From Eledone cirrhosa (lineage: Eukaryota): a DNA stretch of 64,000 nt. The stretch is from NCBI GenBank assembly GCA_964016885.1, contig OZ024740.1, positions 255,998,001 to 256,062,000 on the forward strand, read 5' to 3'. Position 1 is the stretch's first letter, and each line of letters starts with the position of its first letter. Positions 18,263-29,832 of the stretch are shown here, piece by piece. The notes below the pieces were generated by a model that saw only the letters and a program-made list of their open reading frames with translations, was not told the origin of the DNA and did not search any database. The translations under genes were made by a program, and so were the position numbers.

Positions 18263-19846
18263 TATAATTAATTAAGTAATTTAGTTAATATATGAAACCT
18301 GTCGATAAATCATTAGATTCCTTCACCTTTTCCTTTTTAAACTTTCTTCCTAAATATAAACATCGATATAATAAACTACTCTAAAATGTCTATACTTCCA
18401 ATGTATTAAATAAAATATACGTACGATAAATTTCTATACTAAATATAAGGTTATCTGTAGAATCATTGGGTTTTTTTAAATCTTTTAAATTATTTTTATT
18501 TATTTGTTTTGATTCTGATAGCTTCTCATAACTTTCATAAGTCTACCCTTTCAATATCTTGATTGAGATATACGTAGGATAAATTTCTATACTAAATATA
18601 TAAAACATATTATTTTAACTTAAGATACTCTATAGTGTTTTAAAGATATTTAATGCTTTGATATTTCTAGATTTCTTCTGACTATAATGATATAGTTGCA
18701 TTTCCAAAATATATTCCTTTGGTATTTTAGATTTATATTGTTGTAGTTATATTTACAAGTTATAATCCTTTAGTAATATATTGATATTTGATTATCTCTA
18801 TACAAATGCATATGTGTGTATTAACATGCATATAAAGTGTTATAGGTTTTTTGTGTTTGTATATATGTCTGTATATATACATGAGCGATGCGGGAGGACG
18901 CACGCAGATATTTATTTATGCATATGTATGTGTATATATGTATGTATATATATCTATATGGGTGAGAGGTATGTTGCAGATATGCATAATATTAAATACA
19001 TGAATGGTAATCGTATATATGAGGGCATGAATATTAATCGTATATATTTATGTATATATACTGTGAACTTTTTATAACACAAGGAATGTATAGCAGTGAT
19101 TAAGAGAAATCATTTACATTTTGTATGGCTATATTGTTGGCTTGAGTAAACATAATTTCTATTTTCAGGACGTGCGTATGTGTATATATATATATATACA
19201 TATATATTTGTATGTCTTTGCATAAGATACTGATCTCTATAGCAAGAGTACACTTTGAACGATTTAACTCAGATTTTGGTATATTGATCTCAAGTTTTTA
19301 AACTAAACATATATTGAACAATGTTTAATTTCTCATATTATATATCTATGTCCCATTCATGAATATTGATATTTATATTTTTATTATTCATTTCATATAG
19401 ATTGTTAACTCAAATTAATATGACATGACGTAAAGTTTTCACTGTCTCCCCCTCTCTCTATATAGTATTTCTCTCTCTTGAGTTTTTCTATCCGTATGAT
19501 GACTTGATATCTCTCTGTTGCTTTCCTTTGTTTTTCTTATTTCTTCCTTTTTTCTTTCTTTTTTCTTTCCTCCTATCTTTATCTATCTCTTTCTTTTCTC
19601 CATACATTTCTCTCTCTCTCCGATATTTCTCCAGGTTTTCTTTCTCTCTCTCCGTCTTTTTTCTTTTTTTCTTTCTCTCTCTCCGTCTTTTTTCTTTTTT
19701 TCTTTCTCTCCGTCTTTTTCTAATTGTGCTTAACACTATGACTTATTAAAATAATATAAACAAATCACTATCCAGAAAGCCTCCAAAAGTAATGGTTACA
19801 TTTTAAAAGGGTACGTCAAAGCTATTTGTAATACTGTTATATATTG

Positions 19847-19911
19847 TATTTTGTCTGATGAAGGCATACCATAATTTAATGTGGTATCCCTGAAATATGT
19901 ATAATGAAATA
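19847..19911 (+). ncRNA. Minimal type I hammerhead ribozyme
   Basis: TATTTTGT-CTGATGA-aggcATACCA...TGGTATccct-GAAA-tatgta-TA-ATGAAATA. Confidence 0.82.
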
Positions 19912-20065
19912 AATATGGTTTTATAAATATAGTTTCCATTTATTAATATCGTATATATATATATATAGTATATTTGGCAATATACCGTATGTTTAATTAA
20001 AAACATTTCGAAGACCATACGCTATCGGTTTTAAAGTACTGACTATGTCACTTTTTTCGGCCGAA

Positions 20066-20117
20066 GAAGGGAGAGAAACTAACAATCTGTTTCACGCTGT
20101 TGGTGATCATCAGAGCC
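20066..20117 (-). ncRNA. Hammerhead-like motif
   Basis: GGCT-CTGATGA-tcaccaacagcgt-GAAACA-gat-TGTT-AGTT; weak stems. Confidence 0.45.
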
Positions 20118-20312
20118 ACGCACTCCCCATTTTCGCCGAAAATTATAAAACATCGCAGCATATAAAACAAACACACGTGAAAAAAACCTATTTAGCATTG
20201 GGACAGATCTTGTATTGGGACTGGACAGATCCTGTTGTGGTACAGATCTTGTACTGAGATAGGTCAGATCCTGTACTGGGACAGATCTTGTATTGTTGAC
20301 AAAGCTTATAAT

Positions 20313-21080
20313 CTATATATTTATAGGCATAAAAATGGAATGAGAATAAGAAGAAAGTAAGAACGGTGGGGGAAGGTTTCTTGTAAAGTTGTCTACTTCG
20401 GGTCTCTGATATTTCAACGCTTTAAAGACAATATATCTACCACCAGAGCGTTCAATAACTGGGTAAGTTATTGGGAAAACGGAGGAGGGAGGGAAGGAAA
20501 ATAGAAGGGAAAAGAGAAGAAAAGAAAAATACAGCGAAAAAAACAAAAAAATAGAGGAATGTGAGAGCAACTTAAGGTAAGAAAATCCAAGGCCACAGCG
20601 GTAACAGAACTTAAGTTCGCGAGCGTGTGGGCGAACGAAAAGACACGACTAACCCCAGCGAGTGAAGGGAGAAAAGGACTGCTAGAGGGTCAGGCAAGGG
20701 AAACAATGAGGTGGCTGGAAGAGAGAGGGTGAGTGAAAGTGAGAGGGAGAAAGGGAGAGGAAGAAAGAGGGGTAAGAGTAGATAGTAACGAAATACGTAG
20801 GTAGAAGGAGAGAGAAGACGGGTCACAGCGAAACATGATAAAATATATGGAGAATAGGATTGGCTGTGTAGTTGCTAGTTAAGGTAGCTTAAAATGGAGT
20901 GAGAATAAGAAGAAAGCAAGAACGGGGATAGATCTGGGGGTAGATATATTGTATTTAAAGTGTTGAAATATCCGAGACCCCCAGTAGACAACTGATGAGG
21001 ATCCCCCCCCCCCCCACCCGTTCTTGCTTTCTTCTTTTTCTCATTCCATTTTTAAGCCTAACTTAACTAGCAATTACACA
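20313..21080. mobile_element. Cluster of inverted repeat-termini carrying a rearranged hammerhead-like motif (20378-20475 minus; 20933-20998 plus; arms 20865-20926 / 21017-21080)
   Basis: Mutual reverse-complement similarity and homology to 44351-44495. Confidence 0.72.
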
Positions 21081-21309
21081 AATTTCAAGAATTTTAGCTG
21101 TTTATTCTTCTACTATAATTTTTTTATATTTACGCTCTGCCTATATACTTATTGCATGCCTTTATTTCTCTTCTTTCACTGCACGCTTGTCTTGAATCAT
21201 CGTATTGAGCACAATGTCCTCTTCACTACTGGCTTATAATTCTCACAAACTAATCTCTAATCTCTCCTTCTTGATTGGATTGTACAATTACATTTGATAT
21301 GTATATATT

Positions 21310-22300
21310 TTGACCTGTTTAGTTTGCTTCGTTTTTTTTTTTTGGGGGGGGGGGGGGGCTCCGGTGGCTAATAGCTTCATGACCGCCGTTTTCAGTTTGT
21401 TTGGCCTCTATAACCTATGTTTATTGCTCTGGTCGTCTTTTAGTCCATTGAGCGCTTGCCGCATATCTCGAAAGTTGCATTTCGCTTGGTTTTGGCCACT
21501 GCCGAAATTCGATCTCGCTGAAATTATATTTGTATATATATATATAACTTTCGAGATATGCGGCAAGCGCTCAATGGACCAAAGGAAGACCAGAGCAATA
21601 AACATAGGTTATAGAGGCCAAACAAACTGAAAACAGCGGTCATGAAGCCATTAACCACCGAAGCCAAAAAAAAAAAACGAAGCAAGCTAAACAGGTTAAA
21701 CAAAAGAATTTACCTGGACCCCCTGGAATTGATGGTAAAATCCAGTGAATGCTTTCTGCGCCACCTAAATCAATTATACTGCCTGCTTCCATATTAAGCT
21801 TTTGGTATGATGATCGAACAAGGCTGCCACTTCATCAACAGGTATTTTGTTCTCAGCCAACGGGCGGGATCCCAGCAGTAGTAATGTGTTGTAGTGATTA
21901 CCCCCACGTGTTTTACCCTGCTAGGGAGGTAACCCCAGTTTTTGGTGGATGAATTCAGAATGTGTAAAATTAATGCAAGAATTGCAAAATCTGCACAAAT
22001 CGAATTAAGCTCTCGACCGGGTTGTTTTTAAAATAAACTTAAGCAATTAATCAGTCAATAGAATTATCTAATTGAATTAAATTAACTGGTTACTTGCTAA
22101 GCCCAGGAGATTAATATAAATATAATTTCAGCGAGATCGAATTTCGGCAGTGGCCAAAACCAAGCGAAACGCAACTTTCGAGATATGCGGCAAGCGCTCA
22201 ATAGATTAAAAGAATACCAGAGCAATAAACATAGGTTATAGAGGCCAAACAAACTGAAAACGAGGATCATGAAGCCATTAGCCACCGAAGCCAGATAACT
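21310..22300. repeat. Unclassified dispersed repeat: inverted pair 21310-21497 / 21547-21698 plus further copy 22120-22293
   Basis: Direct sequence comparison; diverged relative at 43570-44120. Confidence 0.75.
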
Positions 22301-22424
22301 ATATTTGTTCAAATCACAAGGGACGGAAACCGATTTCTGTCCCTTGTGATTTGAACACATATAGTTATATATCCGTGTTCGTCTCTCTTTACTGTGTTAT
22401 AAGGCTCGGAAAAAAAATGTATGT

Positions 22425-23381
22425 CTGTATACATACTTATATTTAAGTAACAGCCGGACTAAGAGTGAGAAATGAAATTTCGTTTCATTTTTTCCGTTTA
22501 TCAATTTTCGCTACCCCGGCCGATAACTCACTCGATATGCAAATTAGGCTGCTCAGCCGTTAATATGCATAAGGAAAGTATATACTTTCAGACGTTCAAC
22601 AACCATCCGGCAGGAAGGTATACGTTGCTGACGATAGCTAATAAGCTTGAAACTAGTACAGCGTTTCTTTGTCAGTGTTAAGCAAATGAGCAACGATGGT
22701 TGCTAGACACTGTACATCTTAATTCGGGATGTTTGTTTACAAACACACCGAGCATTATAATAAATGTTCGGTGAATCCATACGTACACATATATATATAT
22801 GTGTGCATGTATGTATATATATATATATATATATACATACTACTGTACGTCTGTATACATATATGTATGTACGTATACATACTTATATTTAAGTAACAGC
22901 CGTACTAAGAGTGAGAAATGAAATTTCGTTTCATTTTTTCCGTTTATCGTTTTCGGTGCGCCCGGCCGATTAACTCACTCGATATGAAAATTAGGCTGCT
23001 CAGCCCTTAATATGCATAAGGAAAGTATATACTTTCAGACGTTCAACCATCTGGCAGGATGGTATACGTTGTTGACGATAGCTAATAAGCTTGAAACTAG
23101 TACAGCGTTCCTTTGTCAGTGTTGAACAAATGAGCAACGATGGTTGCTAGACATTGTACGGCTTAATTCGGGATGTTTGTTTACAAACACACCGAGCATT
23201 ATAATAAATGTTCGGTGAGTGAATCCATACGTACATATATATATGTGTGGAATGTATGTATATATATATACATACTACTGTACGTCTGTATACATATATG
23301 TATGTACGTATACATACTTATATTTAAGTAACAGCCGTACTAAGAGTGGGAAATGAAATTTCGTTTCATTTTTTCAGTTTA
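22425..23381 (+). mobile_element. Retrozyme-like tandem array, about 2.15 units of 444 bp, one HHR per unit
   Basis: HHR cores at 22628 and 23072; no coding capacity; same family at 61586-62912. Confidence 0.82.
22622..22664 (+). ncRNA. Minimal type I hammerhead ribozyme
   Basis: ACGTTG-CTGACGA-tAGCTaataAGCTt-GAAAC-ta-GTA-CAGCGT; stem III palindrome ACTAGT. Confidence 0.85.
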
Positions 23382-23425
23382 TATATATATATATATATGC
23401 TCAGCCATATATATATATATATATA

Positions 23426-23735
23426 CAAGCAGTGTATCCCGGCGTTGCACGGGTAAGAACATTGGTAATAGCACCTCCAATGAGAAACGTTTATTTGTGA
23501 GTGCCTGTTAAAAACTCACGAAAATATACCGACAGGAAACTTGTTTTAATTGGAGAAAATTATGAAGTTGAAAGTACAGTTTAGCTGTCTACGTGCATTG
23601 TTCATAGAAATATTGTTGAGTCCCTTCTTTTCATACTCCTCTGTTTTGGCCTTTTGGAGTAAATGTGAAAGAGAAAGTCACAGGTTAAGTTGGCAGAAAT
23701 TTCCAGTGTCATAGCAGTAAGACGTAGACTACTTA
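23426..23735 (-). mobile_element. Helitron 3' end fragment
   Basis: Minus strand CCCGtgcaacgcCGGG hairpin then atacactgCTTGT (degenerate CTAG|T), same as terminus at 32181-32209; upstream limit uncertain. Confidence 0.6.
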
Positions 23736-23769
23736 CCTCAAAAGTTCATTCGCACCCTTTCCACTAAGT

Positions 23770-23902
23770 TACTCTTTCTCTCTATCCCTCTCGGTGCAGT
23801 CCCTTGCGAATTTCTCGCGTAGGCCTGGTGTAGATTTGCACCGGATCCATCTACCCGATGCACATGTCCGCTTTGTACGGCTTTTGGAGGAAGGAGTGAC
23901 CA
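23770..23902 (-). pseudogene. Possible degenerate RTE-clade LINE C-terminal fragment
   Basis: GHVHRVDG...SQGTAPRG resembles the RTE GHVxRM...G.RPRG tail. Confidence 0.4.
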
Positions 23903-23903
23903 G

Positions 23904-24036
<133 letters not shown>

Positions 24037-24045
24037 TATATATAT

Positions 24046-24216
24046 ATAACGAAGGAAATGTGGTAAGGAACCTGATGGACCATGACGCATCAAAGTACTC
24101 AATACTTAGGGTAGTAGAGTGGGTAATAGGAACGAGTAGGACCCAGACGGCTGAGCTCAGCCCAGAATTAGCCGTCGAAACGGTTTGAGCTCAGCCGTCG
24201 GGGTCCTACTCGTTCC

Positions 24217-24218
<2 letters not shown>
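24046..24218. repeat. Short palindromic PLE-terminus element
   Basis: taggaacgagtaggaccc..acggctgagctca / tgagctcagccgt..gggtcctactcgttccta; left arm extended; same family as 35326-35525 and 47645-47700. Confidence 0.8.
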
Positions 24219-24265
<47 letters not shown>

Positions 24266-24473
24266 GAAAATAGAGAATATATGTATATATATGTGTGTAT
24301 GTATGCATATATATATATGTGTGTGTGTTTGCGTGTGTGTATGTATGTGTGTATATATATATATGTGCGTGTATAAATATACATATATTTGTATGTGTAT
24401 ATTTATATATATGTATATGTGTATATATACATATTTATATATAGTTATGTAATAAACAACATAAGATAATTAT

Positions 24474-24533
24474 TTTATTTACCAGTGGTTTCTTGAAAGC
24501 AAACAAAATTTGCTTTCAGTCATCAGAATGAAA
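24474..24533 (-). ncRNA. Type I hammerhead ribozyme
   Basis: Reverse complement of 28269-28329. Confidence 0.8.
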
Positions 24534-24643
24534 AAATCCTGGTGTATTTATTGACAGTGGATTTTAAAAACAAAAATATAATCTATATGAAAGTGAGGCT
24601 GGAAAAGGAATAAGGAAAGGAAAAAGAATAAATATAAAAGTAG

Positions 24644-24682
<39 letters not shown>

Positions 24683-24691
24683 CACATATAC

Positions 24692-24808
<117 letters not shown>

Positions 24809-24828
24809 CACCACATATATATATACAT

Positions 24829-24861
<33 letters not shown>

Positions 24862-25309
24862 CACACATATATATATATATATATACATATCCATACATAC
24901 ACATACACACAAATACACAAACACACAAACATGTATATATTTATATATATATATATACATATACACACACACATAATCATACATATATACACACGTACAT
25001 ACACACTTATATACACGCATACATACGCATACACATATATAGATATATGTACACACACCTAGATACTCACACACACAATTAATTATAAGAAAAAATAATT
25101 AAAAAATTATAACACAATGGACAACCATATAATTCAAAAGGCCGTCACATCAAGATAAAAATAAAAAAATAAAAAATATACGACTTAAGAAAATAAAAAT
25201 AAATTTTTTTATAAAGTTGACAGCGATACAGGAAAGGGTACAAATAAATGAACAAACACACGTGGTAAGTAATACACACATTAACACATACACATACATA
25301 TAAATATAT

Positions 25310-25346
<37 letters not shown>

Positions 25347-25599
25347 TACATGCATATATATATATATATATATAAGAAAATACATAAATATTATATATAT
25401 AAAAATAAAAAGATGGAAGGTGTAAACAAATAGTTGGGAATACGACAAATAATAAATAAATAAATAAATAGATAAAGGTATCAATGTTTATAGCTGATTT
25501 AGAGCAATCAACAAGTTCCTAGAGCAAATAATCAATGAAAATAAACATTAAATCACGATGTATGTAATTATGCAAACATATATATATAATTATATACAC

Positions 25600-25652
<53 letters not shown>

Positions 25653-25875
25653 TATACACAACACATACACACAGAAATAAATATCTATAAATAAAAAGGT
25701 GGGTATGTAAAGGGTAAGGTAGAAAGTAGGGGGGAATAAGGAAAATAAATAACATAGGAAAAAGTTTAAATATAAGGGGAGATAAGGGAGAAAAAGAATA
25801 TAAGTGTACAGAAAGTGAGTTCAGAGAGTAATAAAAATCGTAGTGGATGTAAGGCATAGAGAGCAGAGAAGAAGT

Positions 25876-27155
25876 TCAAGGTGGTTGAGTCATCGTAGGA
25901 ATGTCAATCCAGTTACAGATCAGATGTGATTTCAGGTGAGGACAACATCTGAAGATCTCGGTCTTGGAGTTCAGGCAAGTTGAAGTGGCTTTCAAGTTTT
26001 GTAGAATCCTAAATGTTTCAGTGGTACACAAAGAACAATTCTTTGTGCCCCTCGAATGGTCTAAAATAGACCAATCAATAGAGTACGGGATGTTTTTATC
26101 TTTGAATTCCCACACCTTACTTGCGAGAGCCGTTGCTGTTCTTTTATCAGTGTGTTTAAAAGAAGCGACATGTGCATAAAACCTGGGTTTGAACCTGTCC
26201 TGAGTTATGCCAACATATGGTTCACTCCTGGCTGGCTGGTTGTTAATTAAAGGTGTCACTTTGGCCTCATATACAACGGATTTGGTATTACATTTGCCCT
26301 GTAATGGGCATTCATCCGGCTTCCTGCAACTGCATCCTGGATTTATTCTCGTACGATTAGAATTGGTGATTTTAGACTTCGTTGATGGGCAGCAAGAGTA
26401 ACTGATTTTAACTAAATTTTTATTAAATATCTTATAATATCTATGATTAGGAGGAAAATGTTTGTCTAAGAGGTCAAGGAATTTCCTTCCTACATTAGTT
26501 TTGACAGTTAGAGAGAGGGGGATGTAAACCAAATAATTTTCGTTTTCCTATTATTGTGGTTAGTTTTAAGAGGAAGAGTAGGTAAATATTTAATGTGTTC
26601 TGTAAAGCCCCTGTTATTAAGGGCTTCATTATAATAAGGAGAGGCTTTGTTAAAAATGTCTATAGACGAAGATAAGGTAGAAATCCTACGGCTAATGTTG
26701 GGAATAAGATTTTTAAAACTATAGGGGGATGGCGAGACTCTTTGTGTATATATCTAAGATTTTCGTTAGGTTTATGATAGGGTTTAAAAGAGGCAGTAAG
26801 TAGATCAAGATTAATGTCAAGAAAGTTAGCATTGGTAAGGTTCATATCTATAGTAATTTTAAGGTTAACATTAGCAAAAGTATTGATTAAATCTTTACGG
26901 AATTTATCAAGGTTATGGCCGTTGGTAGTATGAGAAACTGCCAATCCGTCGTCACGGTATAAACCGATATTATGGGAAGGAAATTTCTCTTTAACGGTGT
27001 GGAGAAGGACTAATCCTACTAAGTCACACACATCCGCACTGTCATATGAACCCATTGCAACATCAAAATAGTTTTCAGGGTTTGACTTTTTAACCCAAAT
27101 ACTTTCATTAGTAAAGAGTAGAGTTTTCCTAGCATGAAAGATGTCTTTTTCTATT
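25876..27155 (-). pseudogene. PLE RT plus GIY-YIG remnant with frameshifts
   Basis: FDVAMGSYDSADVCDLVG, GLYRDDG, NFLDINL, CSCRKPDECPLQGKC, VVY...YVGIT, CSLC...CCPH. Confidence 0.92.
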
Positions 27156-27178
27156 TTATTATTATTTTTTCTTATAAT

Positions 27179-27364
27179 AGGGCGGTGAATTGGCAGTATC
27201 GGTAGAGGGTTGGACGCCATGTTTTGTAGCATAGTTACATCCCTTTACAGTCTGAGTTCAAATCCCGCCGAGGTTAACTTTGCCTTTCATTTTTACGGGG
27301 TCGATAATATAAAGTACCAGTAATGTACTGGGTAATTGCTGGCCTTGTGCCTAAAGTAGAAACA
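27179..27364 (+). mobile_element. tRNA-derived SINE with about 21-bp target-site duplication
   Basis: A-box-like TGGCAGTATCGG, B-box GTTCAAATCCC; attattattttttcttataat at 27158-27178 and 27365-27385. Confidence 0.88.
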
Positions 27365-27513
27365 ATTATTATTTTTTCTTATAATTAATTGTGTGTGTGC
27401 GTATGTAGGTGTGTGTACATATATCTATATATGTGTGTGCGTATGTATGCGTGTATATATGTGTGTATGTATGTGTGTGTATGTACGTGTGTATATAGGT
27501 ATGACTATGTGTG

Positions 27514-27552
<39 letters not shown>

Positions 27553-28068
27553 GTGTGTGTGTGTTTGTGTATTTGTGTGTATGTGTATGTATGGATATGT
27601 ATATAGATATATATGTATGTATATATATATATATATATATAGGTTATAGATATATATATATGTTGCAACCGGTCACTTTAAATAATCAGAGCAATATATT
27701 ATAAATCATGTCCTTAGAATTATTAGATAAAATATATACTATTTCCTTACGGTATGTACACATTTCTTCTAAGTTTAATTTTACACCTAATTGTGTATGG
27801 TTGATGATATATTTAGTCAGTTTCTACATGCTGTCGAAATGTTGGATAAATAATCTACTGGGGCCACCGCGAAGAGGCCACTTTCGATTATTTGTCGGAG
27901 ATTTCTTCATAAGAGCCTTTCTTCTTATAGCTTGGTCTAATTGATTTTTTATATGGTTAATTATGCTAATTAGAAGAGGAAATAGTATATATTTTATCTA
28001 ATAATTCTAAGGACATGATTTATAATATATATATATATATGTGTGTATGTGTGTATATATGTGTGTAT

Positions 28069-28102
<34 letters not shown>

Positions 28103-28268
28103 GTGCGTATGTATATGTGTGTGTGCGTATGTGTGTGTGTGTGTGCATGTGTGTTTATCTACATTTATATTTATTCTTTTTCCTTTCCTTCTTCCTTTTC
28201 CAGCCTCACTTTCATATAGATTATATTTTTGTTTTTAAAACCCACTGTCAATAAATACACCACCGTTT

Positions 28269-28329
28269 TTTCATTCTGATGACTAAAAGCAAATTTTGTT
28301 TGCTTTCAAGAAACCACTGGTAAATGAAA
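28269..28329 (+). ncRNA. Type I hammerhead ribozyme
   Basis: TTTCATT-CTGATGA-ctaAAAGCAAA...TTTGCTTTcaa-GAAACC-act-GGTA-AATGAAA. Confidence 0.85.
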
Positions 28330-28447
28330 TAATTATCTTATGTTGTTTATTACATAACTATTAAGCTCTGTAACCTACATAGAGCACTCTTTTTTCCTGG
28401 ACCTTTCCGACGGAATTTCTTCATTTATATATATATGTATATGTGTT

Positions 28448-28494
<47 letters not shown>

Positions 28495-28892
28495 ATATGT
28501 GTGTATATGTGTATATATGTGTGTGTATATGTATATATGTGTATATATATATATGTATATATAAGTATATATGTATATGTGTGTGTATGTGTGTGCGTGT
28601 GTGTGCGTGTGTGTGTGAATATAGCGAAGATAATACGTCAGCAATGACGTGTTCGTCAGAATGTCATTTTGCAGACAGACAGACATATATTATAAGGGCT
28701 TGGCAGAGATCGATAACCGGCGTCTAACTCCCCTTTAACAACAAAAAATTGAAAAATAAAAGCTGCAGTTAGTATCTTTAAACCGCAAGGAATATATAAA
28801 TGCAAGTTTGAAGTCAATCGGCGTAGAAATGTGGATTTGTATAGACTTTGCAAAAATGAGGCTACGCACAGAGACAACAACAATTTTATATA

Positions 28893-29154
28893 TATAGATA
28901 TAAGAAATAAGTGGAAGTGTTACATAGGATATTTATTGCTCTTCAATCATGGTTACAAATGTTTCTCAAGCAGCTCCCTCATGATCTGGGTTGGCACCCA
29001 AGACCAGACTCCAAGTCTGCCTGATCCTCAGACCGGTGCCAACACAACAAAAAGTCAATCAACCCAGATCACGAACCAGTGCTTGAGAAACATTTGTAAC
29101 CAGGATTAAGCAATAAATCTCCTATGTAACCTCCATTTTGTTCTTATTTTATAC
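28893..29154. repeat. Hairpin element (arms 28893-28993 / 29060-29154) containing the 3' half of an HHR
   Basis: Reverse-complement arms; GAAAC-attt-GTA at 29087-29098 followed by AATAAA. Confidence 0.78.
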
Positions 29155-29639
29155 ACTCTGCCCTGCATCGAGTGCTGACCTTGGTTCTCTTTACACATTT
29201 TACCTTTAACATCACATACGTTTACACTTACACTTACACTCACATATATAATGATACTAATATACACACACACTCCACTTCGCGTTCCTACTCGTTACCA
29301 AGACTACCTAACCGCTTTCTTGTTTCCCTCTGCATTTTCATTTTTTGTATGTCTTTACTGGACCTTTTTTCTGTTTCTCCATTGTGATCCTGTCCCTATT
29401 TTGTACTCTTGAATAAGGGCTTAATATATATATAGGGTTTGTGTCCTTGTTTATCTTCGTTTACCTGTGTTTATGAATCGTAACCTAGCAGTTCGACAAA
29501 AGAAATAGATAACATAAATGACAGACTTGAAAAGAAATGTACTTGGGTTGCTATGATCGACTAATATCCCTTTAAAGGGGTTCCTCGGCATGACCATAGT
29601 CTACTGACTGGAACCAGTAAGAGCAATGAAACAAAGAGT

Positions 29640-29832
29640 TCTGATTTAATCACAAAGCCAACGATTTTCGGGGAAGGTGAAAGTCGATTAAATTGACTCC
29701 ATTTGTACTTTATCTTATCGACCCCGAAAGGATGAAACGCAAAGTTAACTTCGGCGGTATTTGAACTCAGATCATAATTCTATGCCACTAGCATGCTGTC
29801 CGACGCTGTACCGATTCTGCCAATCACCGCTC
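29640..29832 (-). mobile_element. Degenerate tRNA-derived SINE; further SINE scraps at 29470-29625 and 30060-30205
   Basis: Homology to 27179-27364 (gagttcaaataccgccgaagttaactttgc). Confidence 0.75.

Larger units (their letters stand above)
16255..19955 (+). mobile_element. 5'-truncated Naiad-like PLE with inverted copy of its 3' end at the 5' side (16343-16642 / 19658-19954)
   Basis: RT-EN reading frame, 1.7-kb 3' UTR, HHR in both arms, (TA)n flanks. Confidence 0.92.

Noticed and set aside
22425-23381. CRISPR-like or rDNA-like array
   Set aside because: Units are fully repeated with no unique spacers and no rRNA similarity; context is eukaryotic
27179-27364. tRNA gene
   Set aside because: A/B boxes present but no cloverleaf; multi-copy with tail and TSD, so a SINE
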